Counted from the first letter of the whole stretch, positions 11,011-22,505 are shown. The stretch is 61,015 nucleotides of DNA, filler included, from Trypethelium eluteriae (GCA_051942245.1; 4 parts of 4 records of this genome joined end to end with filler, not necessarily neighbours in it), one strand, 5' to 3'. Translations and numbers: made by a program. Notes: a model not told the origin generated them from the sequence alone.

Positions 11011-14000
11011 ATGCTGTCTGCCTTCCAAGCGCGCCCCATCATCGAATTCAAGCAGCGCGATAAGTCAAAGATTGAATCCATTCTCGCTTATGGTATTGTC
11101 GCATCCCTAAAATGAGCTCGGAACTCCTACTAATTCCAGCAAGGCGACCGAGTTCTTGTTGGCCTTCAAACTGGGAGTCTACGCATCTACAGAGTGAATG
11201 AGACGGAAGAGGACCATACTTCCCCGACTTACAGCAATGGCGAACCACATGAAGAACAGAATGCGAAGCACAGAGCAGTTGATCTGCTACGTGAGGAGGA
11301 AAAGTTCTCAAAAAGGCCTATCCAGCAGCTAGCAATCATCAAGGAAGCCAACATTCTCGTCTCTCTTTCCGACAACTATGTTTCAATCTATGACCTCCAA
11401 AGCTTCACCTTGCAAGAACGTTTAGAAAGGACGAAAGGTGCGACCTCCTTCGCGGTAACGTCCAATATCGTCAACGATCCCAGTACTGGCATACCCTCTA
11501 TAGTATCTCGACTAGCTGTCGCGGTCAAAAGGAGGATTATGCTATGGTCATGGCAAGACATAGAGCTGTCTCCTGACGTTACGGAGATGACGTTAGTGGC
11601 CGCCATCAAGTCTCTGACTTGGGCAACAGGGACTAAGCTTATTGCCGGAATGGACCCCGGCTTTGTCATGGTGGACATTGAAAGTCACCAAGTTACGGAC
11701 ATCAACAGGTCTAGCACTACCGGAGAAGCGAACGGTCAAATTGGCGCAAGATTTGGTGCGGTCAATTCTTCAGGAATGAGTTACGTTGGTATGGGTGGCT
11801 GGATACCAAAACCCATGGCAACAAAGCTATCAGAAGATCAGCTTCTCCTGGCAAAGGACGTAAATACTCTTTTCACCAATACGCATGGAGAAGCTTCGAC
11901 AAAACGCCAAGTGCCCTGGGCCTTCGTTCCCGAGGCCATTGGCTACTCGTATCCGTACTTACTTGCTCTTCAGCAGCCATCCAAGGGCATCCTGGAAGTG
12001 CGCAACCCCGAGACGCTCTCACTGCTCCAAACAATTTCTTTGCCAAGCGCAACACTTCTCTACGTGCCAGCTCCAAATATCAGTCTTGCACACGCTGCCA
12101 AAGGGTTCCTTGTTGCCAGCGATCGCTGCATCTGGCGTATGCAGGCTCTGGGATACGACTCGCAGATTGAAGAGCTGGTCGAGAAGTCAAGATTTGACGA
12201 AGCTATTAGCTTGCTTGACATGCTAGAAGATACCTTAGTGGAAGACAAGGCCGGCCAGAAGAGGGATATTCTGATACGACAAGCACAGTTCCATTTTGAT
12301 CGAAGACATTACCGCAAAGCATTGGAGCTTTTCAGAGATGCCCCTGCCCCCCCGAAACGGGTGATTTCCCTTTATCCAAGGTCAATTGCTGGTGATCTAT
12401 CGAAGATTGAAGAAAAGGATGATGAAGAGAGCGAGGCTGAACGTGAAGAGAAAGCCGCAGATAGCAGTCTGATCGACTGCAAAACTACCGATGCGCGATC
12501 AACACCAAGTCGCTCAATGCTGGGTCGATTTAGAGCGGAGAAGGCGGATTCTGATACGGCTTCAATCAGATCATCTCTGCGCAAAGGAGATAGTGATGCT
12601 GTCAGCATCAAGGGCAAAGTTACAGAGACAGTGCCGGATAAGCCTCTCGGTATACAGAATCATCTTCCGACCCCTTATAAGTTATCAAACTAATTGGTTG
12701 ACAGAAGGAAAAGATCTCATGGTTGCAATCAACGAACTTTGTTCTTTTCTCGTGCAGCGTCGCACTCAGGTCAACGATTTCCTTAACCGTGACGGAAGTC
12801 TCAAGACACCTCTTGTAGATTCCAAAGGCGGCCAGGGGGGGAAGTCACTTCCGGACTTCAACTTTCTACTTGACCATTCTTCGGAGGAGACCAACATTGA
12901 TTGGGAACAAAAACTACGGGATACGGCCTGTCTCGTCGATACGACGCTATTCCGCGCATACATCCTCGCTAAACCTTCTCTGGTGGGGTCGCTAGTAAGG
13001 CTAGACAATTTCCTTGATCCCCCGGTTGTGCGAGACAAATTGTATGAAATGGGTAGATACATTGAGCTCATTGACTTTTTGTATCAAAAGAAACGTCATA
13101 AAGAGGCTTTGGAGCTCCTGGCAAAATTCGGCAAGAACGTTGAAGAAGAGCATCTTTCAAAAGAGATACCTTCTGCACTTCGGGGACCACGAAGAACTGT
13201 CGCCTATCTACAGCAATTGCCACCAGAGATGATCGATACTATTCTACAATACGCTGAGTGGCCACTGCGCACGGATTCGGCGCTGGGCATGGAAGTTTTC
13301 CTTGCCGAGTCTGAGAATGCTGAGGAACTTCCGCGCCATCGCGTACTTGATTACTTGCAGCATATACAACAGCCCTTGGCAGTGCAATACTTGGAGCACA
13401 TTATCAGCGAGCTGAATGACCTCACACCAGACATTCACCAAAGACTAATAGAATTGTATCTGGAACAGCTCAAGGCGGCCCCTGGTCTGCCAACTCACCT
13501 CGAGGATCCCAAACAGCGCAGCCACGTACAGGAAAAGTTGCAAACGTTCCTACGCAGCAGCACTCAATACAACAAGTTTCGGACCTTCCAGCAATTGCCC
13601 ACAGACAGTGAGTACTACACGCCTCCCGCTCAACAACCGTTACCAAACGAAGCTAATCTTCATTCAGATCCCACCTTCCACGAATCTCGAGCGCTCGTCC
13701 TCCGCGCCATGGGCCAACATCAAAAAGCCCTCTCCATCTACGTCTTCGACCTCGCTTCCCCCGAAAAAGCCGAAGCCTATTGCAACGACATCTACCTCTC
13801 CTCTCTCCCCACTCACAAAACTCCCTCGTCACCCGCCACTCCGTCTCCCAATGCCACTGACCGTGGCGACCCATCAATCTATCACCTCTTACTCTCCCTC
13901 TACCTCACCCCTCCACCACCGCACAAGCCTTCCTGGCCACCAGCTCTCGACCTTCTCTCCCGCCATGGTGCGCGCCTCCCCGCGTCGCAGGTGCTCGACC

Positions 14001-14344
14001 TTGTCCCGTCGACTCTGCCCATACGGGAGCTGGAGCGCTACTTCCGCGGCAGACTGCAGGCTGGAAAGGCAGAGGCGGCGGAGGTGGGAGTTGCAAGCGG
14101 ATTGTGGGGAGTGTGGAAAGCGAGGGAAGATCGGGAGTTGAGGATTGGCGGGGACGGTGAGAGGGAAAAGGGCGGGTTGAGTCGGAGGGTGGTGATTCGA
14201 GAGGAGGATCATTGTCGGGTTTGTCATAAGCGCTTTGGAGGGAGTGCGATTCGGGTGTATCCGGATGGAGAAGTGGTGCATTATGGGTGTTTTGATCGAG
14301 GGAAGGGTGGAGAGGGGGAGAGGGAGGTGAGGAGGGGTTGGTAG
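11011..14344 (+). CDS. VPS39: HOPS complex subunit Vps39/Vam6 (CNH, CHCR, C-terminal zinc finger)
   Basis: Exons 11011-11092, 11144-12649, 12705-13607, 13668-14344. N-terminus MLSAFQARPIIEFKQRDKSKIESILAYGDRVLVG, internal VDTTLFRAY, C-terminal CRVCHKRFG...VVHYGC. Confidence 0.95.
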
Positions 14345-15252
14345 ACGATGTGCCAAGTCCACCTATTTAGATACCCTATCTCTTCAATGGACGAGTCTTG
14401 GTAGACTCGAAATCCAAAAATTTTGACATGCGTTTACCAAAGCTAGCTAGTCCTGATGCGCCTCGTTGGGACAAGAATGGCTTGTGCTTAGTCTTGATGG
14501 TAGATGCGTAGAGATTCTAGAGCAACCAGACGTTCAGCCGAAATATTTGAGAACCTCCAACATTGCGCCATCAGTAAAGAGAGTTTCAGAAACTTCGAGC
14601 TGGAGCTCAAGAAGGTGGGCTGTACTGTCTTGCAGAGCGATTCTTGGTGGTTATCTGATTTGGAGCATGCGTCCTTTTCGCTAGTGATGGTAGGGCTCTT
14701 TGAGGAGGCAGTTTTCCTCCTCTAATACTATTTTAGGAATTAATATTTTAAGAGGTTCAAGCCCCTCGCTCGCTTAGGTACAAGGCATGATCGACATCGC
14801 ACGAGCCACACTTACCACTGGAGTGCCTGCATATCTGTGGCTTGTCCGTGTGGCTTCACCATGTCACCTATCACCATATGGTGATATCTCAACAAGGACT
14901 AAGCACTATTAGAAAATGGCGTTAAGGGGATCTTTCACAATAAAAGAACCCCGACCAGCCGCTTAAATATCTTAGGCTCATTCTGGACTCATTACGTGCA
15001 CATCGCATGACCTCATTCTGGGCTCAACAGAATGGGCACTCCAAGTCGAGGCTCCGAGCTTCATAACGACTAGGTCAAATGCAGATGCAGAATTCCAGTA
15101 GGCCTTTATATCATGGGACCAAAGAACATAAGCAGGGTTTTCAGGTCGTACTATGCTCAACACCTCTAGAAGCAAACAGGCTCCATCTCATTCCTTAATG
15201 CTCGTGGCTGTAAAAATAACATGGTATCATGAGATTAAAAGTCCCCCAACCC

Positions 15253-15352
15253 NNNNNNNNNNNNNNNNNNNNNNNNNNNNNNNNNNNNNNNNNNNNTTAA
15301 TTAATTAANNNNNNNNNNNNNNNNNNNNNNNNNNNNNNNNNNNNNNNNNNNN
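15253..15352. other. Artificial contig-joining spacer
   Basis: N44 + TTAATTAATTAA (stop codons in all six frames) + N44. Confidence 0.98.
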
Positions 15353-16049
15353 TATCTAGGTGAGGGCGAAGGGAAATGAACTAATAACTACAGGGCGTAA
15401 GGATCTACATGAAGGGATCCGAGCGCGCGTGAGATGTGGTAAACACCACCTCCGAGGCTATGTTGATTGGATCTACTTCATGAACAACATCAACGGCTCG
15501 GCGCCATTTGCGAAATATGCACAGAAACTTGAGGATACGATAGCCTACCCGCAGAAATCGATCGATGCTGCACCACAATGTTGCGTGTTTGTAGGAGAGC
15601 CGCAAAAATTACACACATCGTCGAACCGTATTTGGTCCGGAATTGGACACAGTTTGGTTAGAAGAGTCCACTGGATCTCCGGTCTTAATGCCACTATTGC
15701 CGGTATTTGTGCAAGCAGTGTATGCCTTGCTTGTATCTTAGCGATCGAAGTATTAGACACTTGTCAATCAAGAATATCTACTGGTTCTCGCACCTTGTCA
15801 CTCCGAGGCTGGGCTCACTATATGGGACAAAGCCAGGGTTAAATCCCAAGTTATTACTGGAGGAAAAATCCACGGCTGGTCACCTCTGTGACCTGGACCT
15901 TGGAACCCGCGGCGCGCTCCAACCTAATTTTTCCTTATTTTTAAGCTAATAATCAACGATTTGTTGAAAGCGGCTCGATCTATCTTTAGAGCTGCATCAT
16001 TCGATATGGAATTGCCGTCGTTCAAGCTTCGCGTCCGAGCCCAACCGGT

Positions 16050-16395
16050 AAGAAATACCAATCTAGAGTTGGATCTTAGTTGTCAACGGCACGGATAGAC
16101 TGATTCCGAGAGATACTGGTTGTAGGCTGGGGCTCGGCTACGAACGGCGCAGCGGGGAGGGATTGATTCGTCGAGAGACACCGATCCAGAGCTGTGCCTT
16201 AGTCTCCAACGGCACGGAGAGGTTGATACCGGGAGACACTGATTCAGAGCTGGGAGTTAAGAGAGGCTTAGAGAGGTTGACTGGAGGTTGATTGGCTTAG
16301 AGAGGTTGCTTGGCTGAGAGACACCGATTAAGGGCTGGGCCTCTGTAGCCGACGGTGTGCAGAGACTGATTTGTTGGGAGGCACCAATTCAGAGG
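16050..16395. repeat. Degenerate tandem repeat, about 6 units of roughly 55-65 bp, just downstream of the DUF3435 gene
   Basis: Recurring + strand core resembling ACGG(C/T)(A/G)...GA(C/T)TGAT...GAGACAC(C/T)GAT(T/C)CAGAGCTG, e.g. gagacaccgatccagagctg, gagacactgattcagagctggg, gagacaccgattaagggctggg, aaataccaatctagagttgg. Confidence 0.6.
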
Positions 16396-16587
16396 AGTAC
16401 TTTCTACTGAACGTCGGTGCTAAGGCGCTGCAAGAGGTCAAACGGAGAAAGATTGGTCAGTGTATACATGACTGTGAATTTTTGTCTAGAAAAGCTATCC
16501 AGGGAGGAGCGAAGGAACTAGATACGGAGGCAGAGGATATGCAGGTGCCATCGCACACAATACATAGTCGTGTCCGAGTCCGCCGCC

Positions 16588-18908
16588 TCAGTTGCGTCTC
16601 GCACGAAGTCGGACACAATGAATCCGGGCTGCATGATTTTTGAAGTGGGTCACATCTGCAACCTCAACGTCATCACATTGAGGATGGGGGCATGTAAAGC
16701 TTTTGTTGGCCGCGATATAACGAAGGTGTTGGCTCTTAATATGATCCCACATCTTGTAGTGAGTAGCCCAGACGAACCCATGTTTACTCAGTGGGAGCTT
16801 CTTATCGCCCAGGCAGAAGAGACACTGTTGTTTATTAGTCTTTAATAAAAAGCAAGGTCCGACGCGTGATTTTGGCAGTCTTTAAAGGGCTATCTCTGGG
16901 TAATAACCACAATTATGCGGGTCCTGCCGCGTGCGTAATTTTGTAAGACTGTTAATAAAATCTACCTAATATCCGAGCCTTTTAAGTGGGGATATTTGTA
17001 TGGTCTAAGTTGTTACATGTAGGATGGCAACCACACAACGGCGTTCTGGGATATTGTAAATAGGTTTATTAACTTGTCCAGGATTAGGGTTCTTAGCTTT
17101 AATCCCTGCAAGCTAGCGCTTAAGCTCCCAGGTATTACTATTTTTAAAGTGCTCAGTTTGGACCATTTGGAGTATATAGCGCTCTTCTCAGACCTTTAGA
17201 GCCTTCAGCTTACTTTTTGCTTTTTTACATTATCTAATAAGCTGATCCAGTTTTGCTTTATCTTGGTGTAGGCTTTAGTATCTCCTCTTGGCTTGTGTTA
17301 GGGCGTTAACCTCCTAAGCTATAAATAGCATAGCCGGGCTATTGGTAATGGTGTTTTGTTGTTCCTAAGTCAGTATTGTGGGGGCATAAGAGTCCGCTGT
17401 GAACCGTATTCCTTCTGTGGTCTTTAAAAGCGTCAAGTTCTTGGGCTTATCCAAGAAAGCTACTTAGACGTCACATTTAACCTTTTGCGTCAGGTAGAAC
17501 TGAAAGATTGTAGAGTTTAAGTGACCCATAATTTAATCTCGTTCTACAGCAGTTGCAACGCCTGAAGGACAGGATTAGAAGTATTTTAATGCTAAGGCTG
17601 TGCACTTACTATCAACTGCATTCCCGGTCCCTCATTGGAAATAATAACAGGTCAAATTGCCTTAAAAGCCGCATCCTTCACCCAATCAGGAGAGGTAGCG
17701 CCCAATATTTAACTTCTCCAGAGGCCGTGTTGGTGAAGTACGCCTTCCGCCCTCAGTTATATCCGAGTCTCGCATAACTGGAGTATTTATTTTGCCATCT
17801 TTCTAACGCACCTAGATACTTAGCTTGCGATGGGGAATCTGAGCTTCGAGTAACTTTCGTGTCTTTACCCCCTCGGCCACAAAGGCATTGTCGTGGAAGG
17901 CGAGTGCTAGGATGAGCGCAACAGGGCATAGCAGGAGGTTCGGATTCTCATAGAAAAGAAAGGTTTTCCTAATACAAGGTTCAGAGGGTAAAAGATGGCC
18001 GTGTTTTATTATGAGGAAACTTACGGTTGGGGCTTCCACTCATCTCCCTTACCATATGGTAGCGTGAGAAGCGCCACTACCTTCAGCCGTTCTATCAGGG
18101 TTTCGCTCTTCACGAGATACAGCTCGATATGGCGATAGCAGACCGCCTTTGTCTCTCCCTGAACAGCACTTAGCTTTGTCGACACGCTAGTTCGCTCATA
18201 GTTACTACTACATACATCCTTATCCTGTATCTCATCTGTATTGAGTATTGAGGAAGGTCGACTGCCAGTGTAGGCAGCAATTAGGAGGAGTAGAGCGACC
18301 TGAACTCGTTGACGCTCATCACAATACGTCGACGGATCAAACTTCCAGTGACGAAGGAGGATGCCGACCAAGTCGTCCACATTGAGGATGGGTTTCGGAC
18401 GTTTTGTTGTATCAAGATGGTGGCGCGATCGTAAGTCTTTCTGAATGAACTGGTTCCTCCTATTAACCGAGTTCAGAATTATGTATAAAGTCTTACATTC
18501 AGAACATTGTCACCCAGGTCCTGATCGATAGGTTTTGAAAACAGGCGGTTGTAGTATGCTCGAAGTCTTTTCCAATTTGATGTCAAAGATGTCAGTCTTT
18601 GAAGATTCCGTACATCAACAAACCATTGGAAGAAGGTTTTAAACTCCGTCGCCGATGCACCTAAAAGTGCTTTTATAGGGTTCTTGTGATTTCCGAGATG
18701 ATTCTGAAACCTTCTAAGGCTTAGTATTATTATTTACCATTGACAATCAAATTCTTTCTTACTGTGCCCATGCTTGAAATATTTCATTATATCCTTTTTG
18801 AGTTTTAGGGGAAATCGGCTTCTCCTGTCTCCCACGACAGGTCAGATCTTCACACAGCTATTGATAGAATTGAGGAGAATTTGGGACTTTCTTCTCTCTG
18901 CTCATCAT
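16588..18908 (-). pseudogene. DUF3435 tyrosine recombinase (Starship 'captain' type), inactivated by RIP-like mutation
   Basis: Reconstructed over 5 exons: MMSREKK...SPKTQKGYNEIFQAW / FKTFFQWF...SNWKRL / RPKPILNVDDL...DERQRVQVALLLLIAAYTGSRPSSI...CYRHIELYLV / LLLCPVALILALAFHDNAF...LTCYYFQ*GTGNAVD / ERD*IMGH..IFQFYL...DV*VAFL, then C-terminal QCLFCLGD...DHI...CPHPQC...HFKNHAARIH. More than 10 in-frame TAA/TAG/TGA codons (e.g. 18858, 17812, 17803) at positions explained by C>T or G>A transitions. Confidence 0.92.
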
Positions 18909-19521
18909 GGAGATAATTGATGGGAGTAGGGGTGGGAGTGTAAGTGGAATACTCCAAGAATAATCGGAGACAAGAGGATTGATAGGAGCGAGAGTAATAA
19001 GAGCGAGGAATAATGGAAGCCGATGTGGTATTTTTCTTTCCCACACTTGACCAGGATATTGGGTCAATTCCGTTCTGTTCTATTCTAGTTTCTGCAGCTA
19101 TTTTAGCATCCCTACGCCGTAGTTAGGTAGAGAGTAAAATGTGGCCCCTATTACCCCGCACCTGAATCCTACCTACAGAGGCACATAAAGCAGCGCCGAT
19201 TTGGCTGAAACTGGTTGCCGATTCACCGGAACACCAACTTACTGCAGTTACCACAGTAACACTACATTGGAGAAGTGGAGTCGGATTGAGATTTAATCGC
19301 TTTAATCTAATCTAATCGTAGATATAATAAGGTCGCAATATATTGAATTTAAGTTTAAACTGAATAAACTGGAAGTGGATAATGCAGCAAACGGCTTTTG
19401 GAAAATTAACAAGCAACTTAGCTGAAGGAAGGTATTAAGCTCAAAGAGGTAACTCTTATAACGAAATTGCGATACAATGTATATATCGCATCGTCAGCCG
19501 CCGTTCGTATTCGCTCTGTTC

Positions 19522-19846
19522 AGCACTCAATTCATTCTTAGCCATACAAACGCCAGCTTTACACACATTCGGCCATCGCGGATCGAATCATCGAATATAT
19601 TCCCTACCCCATCGCCGACAGGCCCGACACTAAGAAGCGCATTGAGGGCCTCCAGCTCTTGAAGTCGCCGAAGATATGAATGATGAACACTAACGTAAAG
19701 AAGCGGTGGAGTTTCCGTTTCATTATGGGATCGCGACTTGACTGTATTCACATCATCGGCCACCTGCCACCATCTGATCCGTCTAGCACTCAACCCGCCC
19801 TTGGCCATACAAACGCCAGCTTCGCACACTCAGTCATCGCGAAACG
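19522..19846. repeat. Diverged direct duplication (about 65-bp cores, about 263 bp apart)
   Basis: agcactcaa...ttagccatacaaacgccagctttacacac (19522-19567) versus agcactcaa...ttggccatacaaacgccagcttcgcacac (19785-19829). Confidence 0.7.
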
Positions 19847-20031
19847 GACGTATGATTTTCCCTTTCTCATCACCGACACTACAGTATTAGCATTGAACCT
19901 CGATCTATCCATCAAGAGATGGCTGTACAGCACATTTTCCAAAACGCCCTCAGCAGCGGCTTCACACTTCTACGCTATGGCGAGTTTGACAGTCGTGTAG
20001 CTCTAGAGACCCATATGGATTTGGTTTGCGG

Positions 20032-20307
20032 CAGTGATGTAAGTTTACTAAGTAATTATTTTACTAAGTAATAGTAACATAGTGACGCAAATTTCATGAT
20101 AGTAATAATAAATAGTAATAGTAAAAAATTTCAAAATTTGATAGTAATAATAAAAAGTAAATAGTAAAATTATTTAGTAAAAATAAATTTTACTAATAGT
20201 AACACTTAGTGATACTTTCGGTAATAGTAATAGTAAATAGTAATAGTAATAAAAATTCAAATCCGTTAGTAATAGTAACTACTAATTTACTATTTCTTAC
20301 AACACTG
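20032..20307. mobile_element. Non-autonomous hAT-like MITE (276 bp)
   Basis: Terminal inverted repeats CAGTGATGTAAG and CTTACAACACTG (11/12 match). Perfect 8-bp target-site duplication GTTTGCGG at 20024-20031 and 20308-20315. Interior is very AT-rich with many TAGTAA motifs. Confidence 0.92.
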
Positions 20308-20537
20308 GTTTGCGGTAACCCCACACTGAAGGGGGGTGGTGGGGTAGCTTTGACCGCTTGAATCTGATCTACTTGTAGATATAGTGAGGTCGCGATATAA
20401 TGGACGTAAAAAGGCAAAAGTGAGCGATATAGTGAATGTCTTTTTTGAGAGATTGATGAGCCTAGCAGGAGTGGAAGGAATTAAGCTCAAAGAGGTAAGT
20501 CCCATGACTAAATTGCAATATAACAGTAGTAGAAAAA

Positions 20538-21400
20538 CTATGAAGATCTTGCTTTGTTATATGGCGACTCGACGGTTGTATTTCCCTTGATGATAGGGTT
20601 GTAGTACCTGAAGCGGTTATAAGGGTCGTATCTAGCCTTAAGGTCACGGAGCCTCTCCAAGCGCCATGCTTCGTGGCCGTACCACTGTTCGACGGGTTCA
20701 AAGCCATTAGCATAATTGACATAGGCATCAATCGGTCGCTCAGGTTGGCCATCATTCCATTGAGCTCTGACCTCTTTGGCCCATTCCCAGGCAGCATGTT
20801 CTATACTCGAACTGTCTGGAGGGATAATTATCTGGATAAGCATCAGGTAGCGCTCGGCACGGAAAGCATAGGCCGAATTATCGGGATTTTTGTTGTCTGG
20901 CGACGCGTTGCTTGAAACCATCAAAGATCTGGTGCTCGGCTGTCAAGTTATATACTTACAGACCTGCAGTAGCAGTAATTCGGACCTGGTTGTCCTGGCA
21001 GATGAAACCATCTTCGCCGTTGCCCCGGACTATAGAGATCTCTAAATAGGGAACCTCACCAAATTCATCATAGATAGACTTAATTGTATTAAATCGAGCT
21101 AAGTGTTGTTCGGCTTTTTCCGCCGTCCCACAGTAGGCAAAAGTCCACCAGATAATAGGCTCTTCCTTGGTAATAGTCGTGTTCATAGAAAAAACTCCAA
21201 AATCAAACGTCATATTCACAGGAGTAGTACCATTTCCTCGGAGGACATTCAAGGCATTAAAGATATCTTCTAGCTTATCACCACGCCAGATATAGTTATG
21301 ATAGTGCCAGGTGTCTGGGCCACGAGGGAAGTTATTCATCTCAAAGCTTGTAACAGTGGCAAAGTTGTGGCCTGTACCCTTCATACCCACAAAAAGATCG
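20538..21400 (-). pseudogene. 3' half of an FAD-linked oxidoreductase (berberine-bridge-enzyme-like)
   Basis: DLFVGMKGTGHNFATVTSF...; BBE-type end AYVNYANG..EQWYG..WRLERLRDLKARYDPYNRFRYYNPI. Premature TAA at 20956-20958, a frame change near 20900, and no N-terminal FAD-binding half. Confidence 0.85.
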
Positions 21401-21756
21401 CAATCATATTTTCCAACAAGATAGCCAGGGACATCTTCGAGAATGTTCCAGTGTCTTACATTGACATTTGAGGGCAACCATTGTTGATGGGGCGACTGGC
21501 GGAGGTTAAAGTCGAAGCCATCTAGTTGTGCTTCTGGGAGCTGTCGTGAGACGTCGATAAGCCATATACAGCTTCCCGATGCCACATCGGCTATGACAGC
21601 GTGCTTGGAACGTGAAGGCAAAATCGAAGGATGAATATTAAATTGCAAAGCATCTTTCCAAAGGTAGAATTGCAGATCAAGACGACTGGCCGCAGTATGA
21701 CTACAGTGGCGATCCAATATGTATCCACGACCATCCACTAAGCTCCAGTCAGTCAT
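21401..21756 (-). pseudogene. 5' half of a fungal SAM-dependent methyltransferase, fused in frame to the oxidase fragment
   Basis: MTDWSL...GYILDR..AASRLDLQFYLWK...IHPSI...IADVASGSCIWLIDV...QLDGFD...WLPSNV...WNILEDVP..LVGKYD (motif I and post-I), truncated at GKYD. Confidence 0.8.
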
Positions 21757-22505
21757 TTGAGGTCCTTCGTCGATAGTATGAGCTAGTTGGTATTCCGGCA
21801 CAGATCCGAAGAGGAAGAGACTGATATCGTTCAAGCTCCAAAAGCAAACAATGTTTTCTGACAAGTTGCGGCACTGCACGCAGAGCATCTTGGATTCATT
21901 AGTCTATTTTTACTACTTACGGCACATGCGGTGTCTTGTCATGATGATCGTGCGGCGTAATCGGGTGAAGAACCTTTGGGCGTCGGGCATCGGGCATTGA
22001 GAATCGACTCCATCGAGCGTCGAGCGTCGGCTGGTACCTAGGTAGGTAGGTCCATATGTAGTCCGTAGTTGTGAATCCAACCCTTCTCGAAGGAATGCGA
22101 TAAGAGCGCCGAACTACGCGTTCAATATTTGGTAAGGGAGATCAACGTTATATCAAACCACTTTCGTAAAAAAAGGGCTAGATTAGGTACCAGGGTTACT
22201 TCAAACCCCTGAGCGCATCACAAATCAATCTCAGCCTTGTGATGAAATGGTTGAGACAAGCACTGAGCATAACGGAGTTTGCATTATTTCCGTGATTGCC
22301 AGCGCCTCCTAGTTTTGATTCGTCTGTCAATCACCTACTGTGCCTCCGAATTCTCAGCGTCCTGTCTCTCAACTTATTCCCTGCATTTTTGGAAAGTAGA
22401 GTATTGGCTGCAACCCACAATCCTCACTCTACCTTACTCACTCTTTACACCCAGACCGAGTGAATCACTTCATAGCGCATTTCATCTCCGAGTATCACGA
22501 TCGCA

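Noticed and set aside
12491..12705. Apparent frameshift between the two VPS39 ORFs
   Set aside because: Explained by a canonical intron at 12650-12704.
14400..15252. Short ORFs after VPS39
   Set aside because: No family resemblance, terminal repeats or clear splice structure.
15297..15308. Recurring TTAATTAATTAA palindrome as a biological repeat
   Set aside because: Always centred in N44 pads; it is an assembly or concatenation linker with stops in six frames.
16050..16395. CRISPR-like repeat/spacer array
   Set aside because: Eukaryotic context, units are degenerate along their whole length, and there are no unique spacers or cas genes.
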